From positions 101,717 through 165,716 of the forward strand of contig DFYY01000012.1 in the NCBI GenBank assembly GCA_002383485.1: a stretch of 64,000 nucleotides of DNA. Direction: 5' to 3'. Positions within the stretch are counted from its first letter, which is position 1. Every line of letters starts with the position of its first letter. Of the stretch, positions 8,450-17,355 are shown one piece after another. The notes beneath the pieces are model-generated. The model did no database searches. It saw only the letters and a list, made by a program, of their open reading frames with translations, and was not told the DNA's origin. The DNA is from Bacteroidales bacterium UBA4070 (GTDB lineage: Bacteria; Bacteroidota; Bacteroidia; Bacteroidales; VadinHA17). The position numbers were made by a program, and so were the translations under genes.

Positions 8450-9113
8450 AAGGGGAACGGTTATACTGTTTGCATTGCTGCTCTCCGCGATTGCGGCGGG
8501 GCAGACTACTGACTATGGGATATGGTATGAGGCGAAGGCTGACAAGAAGATATGGCAAGGACTACGGGCCGACTTTGAGACAAGCATCAGGACCAATGAG
8601 AATGCGCGTAACATAGAAAAGTTTTACTTCGAGCCGGGATTGAGATATAAGTTCAATGACTACTTCAATGCAGGCATTTATTACAGGTTCATCGGGCAGG
8701 AGGAGAAGGACGGCAAATACCATGCACGCCACCGCTGGTTCGCACAGATAAAGGCCTCAGCACCCTCCGTTGCGAGGTTCACCTTTGGTATCAGGTATCG
8801 TATTCAGCAGCAGTTCATGACCTACATCGAAGATCCGGAAGATGAAGATCCGCAATGGTACCAGAGGGTAAGGCTTGAACTTGACTATGATATCAGGGGG
8901 ATTCCCCTCAGGCCCTATGTGAAGACTGAGACGCAACTGCTGCTTTTCGATCCGAACGAATATACGGTTGATAAGTGGAGGACGATGTTCGGAGTAGAGT
9001 ACACCCTGAACAAGAAGCACACATTCGGGCTGGAGTATATCTATAACGACAGCCGGGTGACCAAACCCCCTTTTGAGAACCTGCTGGGTATTACCTATTC
9101 AGTCAGTCTGTAA
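8430..9113 (+). CDS. DUF2490-like outer-membrane beta-barrel protein
   Basis: Has a signal peptide (ILFALLLSAIAAGQ), alternating aromatic beta-strand patterning, and a C-terminal ...GITYSVSL. Confidence 0.6.
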   Translation: MIMTMIKRGTVILFALLLSAIAAGQTTDYGIWYEAKADKKIWQGLRADFETSIRTNENARNIEKFYFEPGLRYKFNDYFNAGIYYRFIGQEEKDGKYHARHRWFAQIKASAPSVARFTFGIRYRIQQQFMTYIEDPEDEDPQWYQRVRLELDYDIRGIPLRPYVKTETQLLLFDPNEYTVDKWRTMFGVEYTLNKKHTFGLEYIYNDSRVTKPPFENLLGITYSVSL

Positions 9114-9227
9114 CATACTCTGTTGTGGCAGAACGATTCAGGTCGGTTCCGGAAACCGGGCCAACTTTTTTCTTATATTTGCCGTGAATTTCAGCCACTG
9201 GCTGTTCTTTTTTTTAGAATATATGAT

Positions 9228-10142
9228 ATGAGTAAATGGACATCTGACCTGATCGGAGAACTTAAAGGCAGGAGAATATTAATAACCGGTGCAAACCACG
9301 GTATCGGCTTTGCAGCAGCCGGAACGCTGGCGTCAAAAGGGGCGGACCTGGTGATTGCCGTGAGGAATACGGACAAGGGTGACAGGGCTGCAGCGAAGAT
9401 CAGGGAGAAGCACCCGGATGCTTCCGTTGAGGTTATGCATCTCGATCTGGCCGACCTCGAATCTGTCAGGCAGTTTGCTGTCAGCTTTGCTGCCCGTTTT
9501 GACAGGCTGGATGTGCTGATAAACAATGCCGGTGTGATGATTCCGCCATACAGCAAGACCAAAAATGGGTTTGAGCTGCAGTTCGGGACCAATCATCTCG
9601 GACCTTTTGCATTGACTGCGCATCTTCTGCCGCTGTTGCTGGCCACTCCGCTGTCACGTATAGTAACAATCAGCAGCATTGCTGCGCGCAGGGCAAAAAT
9701 CCGGTTTGACAATCTTGACGGCTCCAAGGGTTATAGCCCGATGACTTTCTACCGTCAGAGCAAACTCGCCAATCTTTTGTTTGCCATGGAATTGCAGAAC
9801 CGGTTGGAAGTTGCAGGGGCATCAACCATAAGCGTTGCCTGTCATCCCGGTATCAGTGTCACCAATCTTCTGTCCCGCGGTTCGGGAAAGGAGACGGGTA
9901 GGATCATGAAAGCCATGATGGGTATAGTAGCCCAGCCCGCATCCAGGGGAGCTCTTCCTACTCTATATGCTGCAACTCATCCCGACCTGCGAGGCGGAGA
10001 GTACATCGGTCCTGACGGCCCCGGGAACACAAAGGGCTATCCTGTGCTGACGAATGACCCCGCCAGGCTGTACAGGCCCCATCTGGCTGCAAAGCTTTGG
10101 GAGGTGTCAGAGGCCATGACTGGGGTACGGTACACCATCTGA
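9228..10142 (+). CDS. SDR family oxidoreductase
   Basis: TGANHGIGF Rossmann motif, NNAG, and a YxxxK-like YRQSK. I chose the ATG at 9228. Confidence 0.85.
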   Translation: MSKWTSDLIGELKGRRILITGANHGIGFAAAGTLASKGADLVIAVRNTDKGDRAAAKIREKHPDASVEVMHLDLADLESVRQFAVSFAARFDRLDVLINNAGVMIPPYSKTKNGFELQFGTNHLGPFALTAHLLPLLLATPLSRIVTISSIAARRAKIRFDNLDGSKGYSPMTFYRQSKLANLLFAMELQNRLEVAGASTISVACHPGISVTNLLSRGSGKETGRIMKAMMGIVAQPASRGALPTLYAATHPDLRGGEYIGPDGPGNTKGYPVLTNDPARLYRPHLAAKLWEVSEAMTGVRYTI

Positions 10143-10169
10143 GGCAAGAGTGAAACACATAATTGCATG

Positions 10170-10217
10170 CATTGAACATCGCTCGTAGAGCGATAAGAAT
10201 TGCAAAATGCATCCCCC
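10170..10217 (+). repeat. 48-nt intergenic element with a GTA-loop hairpin (copy 1)
   Basis: CATTGAACATCGCTCGTAGAGCGATAAGAATTGCAAAATGCATCCCCC. The hairpin ATCGCTC-GTA-GAGCGAT lies at 10178-10194. It is 40/48 identical to the reverse complement of 38274-38321. Confidence 0.75.
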
Positions 10218-10407
10218 TAAATACCAGTCCTCCACCAGCTTCCCTGACCAACCTCCGCCGCAGGCTTTTGAGCTGGCGACTGCCAACTATAGACTGAAGA
10301 CTGAAAACTGCGGCCCGGGTTTTGTGCACTTTACATTAAACAATCCGGCCTGTTTGTTGTTTTATTCTCAGAACCAGAAATGTTTAACAAAAACAGAGAA
10401 TATAACA

Positions 10408-10941
10408 ATGGAAACAACAAAATGGGTGATAGATCCCGCACACAGCGAAATACAGTTTAAGGTAAAGCACTTGATGATTACCACGGTGACAGGCAGTTTC
10501 AAGGAATTCAAATCCGAGGTTGAGACCAGCGGAGACGATTTTACCACAGCAAAAATCAGTTTCGAGGCAAACACAGCATCCATATTCACCAATGCAGAAC
10601 AGAGGGATGCTCATCTCAGGAGCGCTGATTTCTTTGATTCAGAGAATTTTCCGGTACTGACCTTCACCGGCTCAGGACTTGAAAAGATTGACGATGAAAA
10701 CTACAAGCTGGCCGGTGACCTTACAATCAGGGGAGTCACAAAGCCTGCAGTGCTTGATGTTGAAGTCGGAGGGGTAGGCAAGGATCCCTGGGGAAATACA
10801 AAGTCCGGGTTCAGTATCAGCGGCAAGATCAACCGTAAGGACTGGGGACTTAACTGGAATGCAGCTTTGGAAGCCGGCGGTGTACTTGTCAGTGATGATG
10901 TCCGTATCTTCTGCGAGGTTCAGTACGCAAAGCAGTCCTGA
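10408..10941 (+). CDS. YceI family periplasmic protein
   Basis: WVIDPAHSEIQFKVKHLMITTVTGSF...LTIRGVTKPV is the YceI-like signature. I chose the ATG at 10408. Confidence 0.85.
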   Translation: METTKWVIDPAHSEIQFKVKHLMITTVTGSFKEFKSEVETSGDDFTTAKISFEANTASIFTNAEQRDAHLRSADFFDSENFPVLTFTGSGLEKIDDENYKLAGDLTIRGVTKPAVLDVEVGGVGKDPWGNTKSGFSISGKINRKDWGLNWNAALEAGGVLVSDDVRIFCEVQYAKQS

Positions 10942-10994
10942 TCCTGGCATCAGAAGCAACTGCAACACTTTTTAGAGATTACACATTTGAACTG

Positions 10995-11023
10995 CCGGAG
11001 GCTTTAACACGCCTCCGGTTTTT
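10995..11023 (+). terminator. rho-independent terminator after the yceI-like gene
   Basis: An 8-bp stem (CCGGAGGC / GCCTCCGG) is followed by TTTTT. Confidence 0.65.
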
Positions 11024-11150
11024 ATTTTTTACATAACCCAATCTATTATTTCTTTTCGTCCCCTGGACTCGCAAAAAATATTGTAGCAAAGTTTGAGACA
11101 ATTCAGAAAGCCGGCAGTCTTTATTGTACAATCCACCAACAAATCTGACC

Positions 11151-11993
11151 ATGAAGCAATTTTTCGGACTTCTATGCAGCCTGCTTTTGGTAAATGTATT
11201 ATCAGGACAGGTCCCTGAGACCCTTGTCCGGGCAAAAATCATGACACTGGGTGTTTTCCATTTTGCCTATCATAATCTTGATGCAGTCAAAACAGAAGAG
11301 AAAAACCAGATTTCCGTGCTCGAAGAACCTTACCAGTCAGAGATAATTGCTATCTGCGGAGCCATTGAAGAATATAATCCTACTATAATTGCCGTCGAAG
11401 TGCTCCCCGAACAGCAGCGTAGGATTGACTCTCTGTTCATACTGTACAAATCCGGGAACCTGATATTGGGAAAAGATGAGGTTGATCAGCTTGCGTTCCG
11501 GACAGGCAAGGATTTGAACCTGGATAAGATCCATTGTGTCAACGACTTCGGAAAACATTACAATGAGATACTTGCAATTTTCAATGACAGCATCAGGTCG
11601 GCAAAATTTGAAGACTGGTTTATGAAATCCAGGGATTCAATATACGGCACATCGCCAACAGGTGAAAGAATATCCGGAATAATTGATGCCCTGTACGAAT
11701 GCAACAAGCCTGAGGTCATCAAGGAGAGTCTGGCGATCTATCTATTAAACCCGTTTAAATACGAGGAGAATCCCGGTGATTTTACAGGTGTTGACTTTGA
11801 AACCGGGAGATGGTTCAACAGAAATCTGAGAATATTCCGGAACATCCAGCGGATACCACATACAGCAGACGACAGGATTTTACTGATAATAGGAGCCGGG
11901 CACCTGAATCTGCTTAACATGTTCTTTGGCGTTTCACATGAATTTGAATTCGTTTCGCCCTTGCCTTACCTGGAGGAAGCAAGGAACAATTAA
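11151..11993 (+). CDS. secreted protein, DUF5694-like
   Basis: Has a signal peptide (MKQFFGLLCSLLLVNVLSGQ). MTLGVFHFAYHNLD and GAGHLNLL resemble DUF5694/TraB-GumN-like proteins. Confidence 0.55.
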   Translation: MKQFFGLLCSLLLVNVLSGQVPETLVRAKIMTLGVFHFAYHNLDAVKTEEKNQISVLEEPYQSEIIAICGAIEEYNPTIIAVEVLPEQQRRIDSLFILYKSGNLILGKDEVDQLAFRTGKDLNLDKIHCVNDFGKHYNEILAIFNDSIRSAKFEDWFMKSRDSIYGTSPTGERISGIIDALYECNKPEVIKESLAIYLLNPFKYEENPGDFTGVDFETGRWFNRNLRIFRNIQRIPHTADDRILLIIGAGHLNLLNMFFGVSHEFEFVSPLPYLEEARNN

Positions 11994-12065
11994 TTGCTGT
12001 TTTTGATAGGGTAGACTCACTTTTGCAGATCATATAGAAAAGAAAACATCATTTAATCTGCCATT

Positions 12066-12596
12066 ATGAAAAGACTATTTGTTTTGTTTGCATGCACTCT
12101 GCTTGTTTCAGCATCCTCGACAATCCTGTCCGAATTGAAAGGGCAATCGCCGGCTAACAGGGATACAATCATTCTTGCTGCCCGTGAAATAATTAATGAG
12201 ACCACCTATTGCGGACTTGCTACAGTTGACTCTTCGGGCCAGCCTCAGGTCCGGACCATGAATCCTTTTCCTGTCATGGAAGATCTGGTTATCTGGTTTG
12301 GCACCACCCGTTCGAGCCGCAAAGTCAGGGAGATCAGGGAAAATCCAATGGTCTCTGTTTATTTCGCAAATCATCTCGTTGCCAAAGGGTATGTTACGAT
12401 AAACGGGTCAGCCCTGGTCATCGATGACAAAGAGTTGCTTGTTAAGATGAAGCGTGAATACTGGAATGGCATTCCCGGATGGCAGGAAAACTTTGTACTC
12501 ATTAAAATTATTCCAGAAACAATTGAGGTAATAAACTATAAGCACGGGTTGCATAATGATCCTGAAACCTTCAAAGCCCCGGCTGTTTCGTTGTGA
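12066..12596 (+). CDS. pyridoxamine 5'-phosphate oxidase-family protein with signal peptide
   Basis: ...LATVDSSGQPQVRTMNPF...WFGTTRSSRKVREIRENPMVSVYF follows the PNPOx-like split-barrel pattern. Confidence 0.7.
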   Translation: MKRLFVLFACTLLVSASSTILSELKGQSPANRDTIILAAREIINETTYCGLATVDSSGQPQVRTMNPFPVMEDLVIWFGTTRSSRKVREIRENPMVSVYFANHLVAKGYVTINGSALVIDDKELLVKMKREYWNGIPGWQENFVLIKIIPETIEVINYKHGLHNDPETFKAPAVSL

Positions 12597-12785
12597 AATG
12601 AACCAAATTGGAGCGCGGTGAAGGAAATGCGATGGAGAGCATTGCCGGCTGCATGGAAACACTCCCCGCTCTAAAAAGGATAATTGTCAGCCTCCTATAC
12701 CGGGAAATTATATCGCACACTAAACAATTTATGACTCCAGCCGTATAATTGTAAAATGATCTGCAAACAGTAAGCCGGTAATCAT

Positions 12786-13850
12786 ATGAAATACGTAAAT
12801 GTCCTGTTGCTGCTATTGCTTCCATTGGCTGCATGCAATAAATACGACGATGATGACCAACCTGATGATTCAATGTATTTTCCTTCAGGTAATGAATGGG
12901 ATACAAGGTCAGTCTCAGGTTTGGGCTGGAATGAAAGTGCCGTTCAGCCTTTAAAGGATTTCCTGATTCAGAAGAATACCAGATCCTTCATGATTCTTGT
13001 AAACGGACGGATTGTGATGGAGGAGTATTTTAACGGACATATCGCAGCAACAACCTGGCAATGGAACAGCGCCGGAAAAACATTGGTTGCTGCAGCAACA
13101 GGCATAGCCCAGCAGGAAGGATTGCTGGATATTAATGATAAGGTTTCTGATTATCTGGGTACAGGTTGGACCAGTGAACCGGCCGAAAAGGAAAATTTAA
13201 TAACGCTCAGGCATCTTCTCTCAATGACCTCCGGCATCAATGATGCAAACAACCTCGTAATTAAACAGAACCTGACATATCTTGCCGATGCAGGGACCAG
13301 GTGGTCTTACCATAATGTATTTCAGCTTTTGATGGATGCGGTTGCGTATGCCGGCAGCCAGGAGTTTGAATACTACTTCAATGCCAGACTGAGGGATAAA
13401 ATCGGGATGGAAGGCTACTGGAACAAAGGGGTGATATTTACAATTTATCACAGTAACACCCGCAGTATGGCAAGGTTTGGTCTTCTGGCGCTCAATAAAG
13501 GAAAGTGGAAGGATGAACAGGTATTGAATGAATCATTTTTCACCGAAAGTACCAGCCCTTCGCAAAATATAAATCCCTCTTACGGATACCTCTGGTGGCT
13601 GAACGGTAAGACGAGATTCATGGTTCCCGGATCTCAGAATGTCTATCCGGGCAGCCTTGTGCCAGATGCTCCTTCAGATATGTTTGCAGCCATGGGAGCA
13701 GAAGATCAGCGCATATATGTGATCCCCGGCAAGAATATGGTAGTTGTCAGGATGGGAGATGCATCTGATCCGCAGAATCCCTCTTTTGCTGTTTCCGGTT
13801 TTGACAACGATCTCTGGGAAAGAGTCAATGCTTTAATAAATGTCAAATAG
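12786..13850 (+). CDS. serine hydrolase (beta-lactamase/transpeptidase-like) lipoprotein
   Basis: Has a lipoprotein signal (LLLLLPLAAC), an SxxK motif (SAGK), and a ...YLWWLNG segment. Confidence 0.75.
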   Translation: MKYVNVLLLLLLPLAACNKYDDDDQPDDSMYFPSGNEWDTRSVSGLGWNESAVQPLKDFLIQKNTRSFMILVNGRIVMEEYFNGHIAATTWQWNSAGKTLVAAATGIAQQEGLLDINDKVSDYLGTGWTSEPAEKENLITLRHLLSMTSGINDANNLVIKQNLTYLADAGTRWSYHNVFQLLMDAVAYAGSQEFEYYFNARLRDKIGMEGYWNKGVIFTIYHSNTRSMARFGLLALNKGKWKDEQVLNESFFTESTSPSQNINPSYGYLWWLNGKTRFMVPGSQNVYPGSLVPDAPSDMFAAMGAEDQRIYVIPGKNMVVVRMGDASDPQNPSFAVSGFDNDLWERVNALINVK

Positions 13851-14007
13851 TCACACATTCGGGTAGGAGAAGTTTGCTGATCCCGATAAGGCTCGCGGAT
13901 TGAGATTAGATGACCGTGTGGTCCAGGTTCCTCAGGTTGATTTCAATGTCCAGCGTGAATTCTAATCAGCAAATAACTACCAGATTGTCATCCAGCCGTC
14001 AGGCTGA

Positions 14008-14538
14008 TCAGAATATCAGTGTAAGTGCAGTATATTTGATAAGCAGCCCGATAACAGTACAAATGAGTGTGTTGCGGATGTTGAGACGCAGCATTCCTGC
14101 AGCAAGGGAGATAACCGGAGAGGAGAGGGGCAAGGCATTGAACACGATTATCGTCAGGTTACCGTACTTTTCAATATTGGCTTCAGCCTTTTCATAACGT
14201 CTGCGGCCGATCAGGTTATCTATGAACCTGTTGCTGACTCCAAGCCCGATGGCATAATCAATTGCCTGCGAGAAAAGCGCGGTTCCTATTGCCACTGCAT
14301 TCAGGGCGAAAATGTTGACATCCCCGCTGAGATAGTAGACAAAAGCAATTTCCACAGGCATGAAGAGAAAGAAGAGATAGCCGCAGGCGTTCACAATGGC
14401 AAATGACAACAATCCGCCATCTCCTGTCCCGTTATAGATATCGCGCCCGACCGTCACGGAGGCAATGAAAACTGCAATGCAAACCAGCAGGATGGCAATA
14501 AAGATTCTTATTATCTCAGCTTTGCTCTTTCTGGCCAT
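14008..14538 (-). CDS. VTT/DedA (SNARE-associated)-like membrane protein
   Basis: 176 aa, multi-pass. Motifs are FMPVEIAF...Y.LG and ...IVFNALPLSSPVISLAAG. Confidence 0.65.
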   Translation of the reverse strand: MARKSKAEIIRIFIAILLVCIAVFIASVTVGRDIYNGTGDGGLLSFAIVNACGYLFFLFMPVEIAFVYYLSGDVNIFALNAVAIGTALFSQAIDYAIGLGVSNRFIDNLIGRRRYEKAEANIEKYGNLTIIVFNALPLSSPVISLAAGMLRLNIRNTLICTVIGLLIKYTALTLIF

Positions 14539-15005
14539 TACCAGTGGCTGTAGGGTTTGACTGACAGATATGAATTATAATATCTTGGGTCGGCTGTCAC
14601 TTCCTCTCCAAGCCAACCGGGTTTTTCAAACATCTCATCGGCGGATTCAAGCTCTATCTCGGCCATCACAAGCCCTTTGTTTTCAGCACCGAATACATCC
14701 ACTTCGAAGATATGGTCTCTGAACGGCACCAGATAGCGTGTCTTCATAACGGCAAAGGGTTGACAGAGCCTGAGCAGTTCCCGTGCATCATCAACCGGTA
14801 TCTCCTTTTCCCATTCATACCTTCCGATACCGGTATCAAAAGGCTTGCCCTTTACAGTAATGTACCCCCTGTCGCCACTGATCCTCACCCTGACGGTTCG
14901 ATCAGGATCATGAGCAAGATATCCCTGAACAATATCAGTAGCTTCCGTGGAATCAGCCATGAATTCACCACGGACAAGAAATTTTCTCTCTATTTCAAGT
15001 GCCAT
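14538..15005 (-). CDS. CYTH domain protein (triphosphate tunnel metalloenzyme)
   Basis: Carries the MALEIERKFLV signature ExExK, plus ...RVRI...ITVKG...EWE..I. It overlaps the next gene by 1 nt. Confidence 0.8.
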   Translation of the reverse strand: MALEIERKFLVRGEFMADSTEATDIVQGYLAHDPDRTVRVRISGDRGYITVKGKPFDTGIGRYEWEKEIPVDDARELLRLCQPFAVMKTRYLVPFRDHIFEVDVFGAENKGLVMAEIELESADEMFEKPGWLGEEVTADPRYYNSYLSVKPYSHW

Positions 15006-15107
15006 AGTTGTCCCGATAAAGATATAATTTCAGATGGGATAACAATAAAAGTTTTTTTTCTTCCTCCCGATCACCGTATATTATTTTTGTTTAATTTTGC
15101 CTCCGAA

Positions 15108-15182
15108 ATGATGAGAACATTAGCAACATACAACTATTCGTTTTATTTTTTCTTTTACCGCAGGGCAAAAGGGACTGAATAG
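15108..15182 (+). CDS. candidate 24-aa Phe/Tyr-rich leader peptide (MMRTLATYNYSFYFFFYRRAKGTE)
   Basis: Nine of twelve consecutive codons are Tyr or Phe. A TAttTTTG box lies at 15082-15089, 19 nt upstream. The terminator hairpin and pheA follow. Caveat: the region is T-rich. Confidence 0.5.
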   Translation: MMRTLATYNYSFYFFFYRRAKGTE

Positions 15183-15220
15183 TTGTATATCTGTATGAGA
15201 AATAGAATATGATGAAAAAG

Positions 15221-15247
15221 GTCCCGTGAAAGCGGGACTTTTTTTTT
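15221..15247 (+). terminator. attenuator-type intrinsic terminator between the leader ORF and pheA
   Basis: GTCCCG-TGAAAG-CGGGAC followed by nine T residues. It ends 11 nt before the pheA ATG. No plus-strand gene upstream needs terminating other than the leader. Confidence 0.6.
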
Positions 15248-15258
15248 GCACAACAGAG

Positions 15259-16143
15259 ATGACACAGGAAAAAAAGAAAATAAGCGTCGCCATCCAGGGT
15301 ATCAGGGGCTCATTCCATGAGATAGCTGCGGTTGAGTATTTCAGGGACAGTGAGATATCAGCCGTGCCATGTGAAACATTCAGTGATCTATTTACATTAC
15401 TTTCCGATGGCAGGGCTGATTACGGCATCGTTGCCTTCGAGAATTCGGTTGCTGGCAGCATACTGCCCAACTATGAGCTTTTGCGCCGCTCCGGCTTGCC
15501 CGTTACAGGAGAGATATGTCTTCGGGTCAGGCAGAACCTTGTGGCGTTGCCCGGCCAGCAGTTGTCGGATATCAGGGAGATCCATTCTCATCCGATGGCC
15601 ATTCAGCAGTGTTCCAGCTTCGTCAATGAGATGAGGCAGCGCGGGGTGAAGGTGGTGGAGGCCGTTGACACTGCCCTCAGCGCCAGGATAATAAGTGAGG
15701 AGCATCACTACGGTTCGGGTGCTATAGCCAGCAGCAGTGCAGCCGGAATTTACAGCCTCGCGATACTGAGGGAGGAGATTGAGGATGACAGCCTGAATTT
15801 CACCCGCTTCCTTATTATCTCAGGCAGCAGCACCGCTGCAGAAGAAAGAGCGAAGCCGGCAGGCCCCGACAAGGCGATGGTCTGCTTCTCCCTTCCCCAT
15901 AAGGTAGGCTCACTCTCGCAGGTACTGTCGGTGCTGACATACTACCAGATCAGCCTGACCAAGATTCAGTCACTGCCTATTGTCGGGAGACCGTGGGAGT
16001 ACATGTTTCATATTGATCTTATATACAGCGATTACACCCGTTACCGCATGGCACTGGATGCCATCAGACCGCTTACCGAAGGACTCGAGACAGTGGGTGA
16101 ATTCAGGCACGGCCTGATGCCTTACGAAACGGGAACAAATTAA
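15259..16143 (+). CDS. pheA: prephenate dehydratase
   Basis: IAIQGIRGSFHE..., the ..FENSVAGSI.. motif, and a C-terminal ACT-like domain. Confidence 0.85.
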   Translation: MTQEKKKISVAIQGIRGSFHEIAAVEYFRDSEISAVPCETFSDLFTLLSDGRADYGIVAFENSVAGSILPNYELLRRSGLPVTGEICLRVRQNLVALPGQQLSDIREIHSHPMAIQQCSSFVNEMRQRGVKVVEAVDTALSARIISEEHHYGSGAIASSSAAGIYSLAILREEIEDDSLNFTRFLIISGSSTAAEERAKPAGPDKAMVCFSLPHKVGSLSQVLSVLTYYQISLTKIQSLPIVGRPWEYMFHIDLIYSDYTRYRMALDAIRPLTEGLETVGEFRHGLMPYETGTN

Positions 16144-16158
16144 ACAGGCAGTGATATT

Positions 16159-17349
16159 ATGGATAAGCCACTGATTACAGCAGCATCACGCACCGGACTG
16201 GTGACCGAATATTATTTCTCGGCCAAGCTGGCTCAGATTGAGCGAATGCGGCAGGAGGGAGCCGATATCATAAACCTGGGCATCGGGAGCCCTGACATGG
16301 CTCCTGCATATGGGGTATCAGCAGAGCTTGCACGCAGTGCTTCGGTTAGCAGCAACCACGGATACCAGGGATACAGGGGCATACCCACGCTGCGCCAGGC
16401 TTTTGCTGAATGGTACGGAAAGTACTTCGCGGTGACACTGGATCCTGCCTCGGAGATTCTTCCGCTTATAGGCTCGAAGGAAGGCATAATGCATATCAGC
16501 ATGGCTTTTCTTGATCCGGGCGATGAAGTGCTGGTGCCTGATCCGGGTTACCCGGCATATGCCGCTGCAGCCAGCCTGGCTGGCGGTGTGGTCAGGAAGT
16601 ATGACCTCACAGAAGAGACTGGATGGTTACCCGATATCCGCGCCATTGAAGCAGCTGGTACAGAGAAAGTTAAGATCATGTGGATCAATTATCCCCATAT
16701 GCCCACCGGGGCCAAAGCAACGAGGGAGCTGTTTCATGAGCTTGTGGGTTTTGCCCTCAGGAACCATATCCTGCTCTGCAATGACAATCCGTACAGCTTC
16801 ATACTTAACAGTGACCACCTGAGCATTTTGTCGGTGCCGGAAGCAAGAGGTACGGCACTTGAGATGAACTCACTCAGCAAATCACACAACATGGCCGGAT
16901 GGAGGATCGGCATGCTGGCAGGACACAAACGCTATATTGATGATGTTCTGAAAGTCAAAAGCAATATGGATTCAGGCATGTTCAAACCTCTCCAGGAGGC
17001 AGCTGTGCTGGCACTGGCATCCCCGGATGAGTGGTATACGAAGCTGAATGAAGTCTACATCCGCCGCCGCAGGTACGTCGGAGAGATAATGGATGAGCTC
17101 GGTTGCAGCTACAACCCCTACCAGTCGGGACTGTTTCTATGGGGCAGGATACCTGACACATATGGCGATGCCGGGGAACTGACAGAGGAACTCCTTCACC
17201 GGAATCATCTGTTTGTTACACCCGGATCGGTGTTCGGTGACAATGGCCTGAGATACATAAGACTTTCGCTCTGCGCTGAGGAGGAGATAATGATCAAGGC
17301 TCTGCAGCGGATAAGAAGCGGAGCAAAGAAAAAAGTAACAACAAACTGA
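16159..17349 (+). CDS. class I/II PLP-dependent aminotransferase (likely aromatic/aspartate)
   Basis: INLGIGSPD..., NYPHMPTG, and SLSKSHNMAGWRIG, where the Lys is the PLP-binding residue. Confidence 0.85.
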   Translation: MDKPLITAASRTGLVTEYYFSAKLAQIERMRQEGADIINLGIGSPDMAPAYGVSAELARSASVSSNHGYQGYRGIPTLRQAFAEWYGKYFAVTLDPASEILPLIGSKEGIMHISMAFLDPGDEVLVPDPGYPAYAAAASLAGGVVRKYDLTEETGWLPDIRAIEAAGTEKVKIMWINYPHMPTGAKATRELFHELVGFALRNHILLCNDNPYSFILNSDHLSILSVPEARGTALEMNSLSKSHNMAGWRIGMLAGHKRYIDDVLKVKSNMDSGMFKPLQEAAVLALASPDEWYTKLNEVYIRRRRYVGEIMDELGCSYNPYQSGLFLWGRIPDTYGDAGELTEELLHRNHLFVTPGSVFGDNGLRYIRLSLCAEEEIMIKALQRIRSGAKKKVTTN

Positions 17350-17355
17350 AGGATA

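Noticed and set aside
9123-9227. N-terminal extensions in the ORF track. Examples are 9123-9227, 10207-10407, 11124-11150, 15226-15258, 33727-33885, 51228-51302 and 60260-60289.
   Set aside because: The extensions use non-ATG starts or run through intergenic repeats, terminators or neighbouring genes. Family-typical N-termini begin at the internal ATGs I chose.
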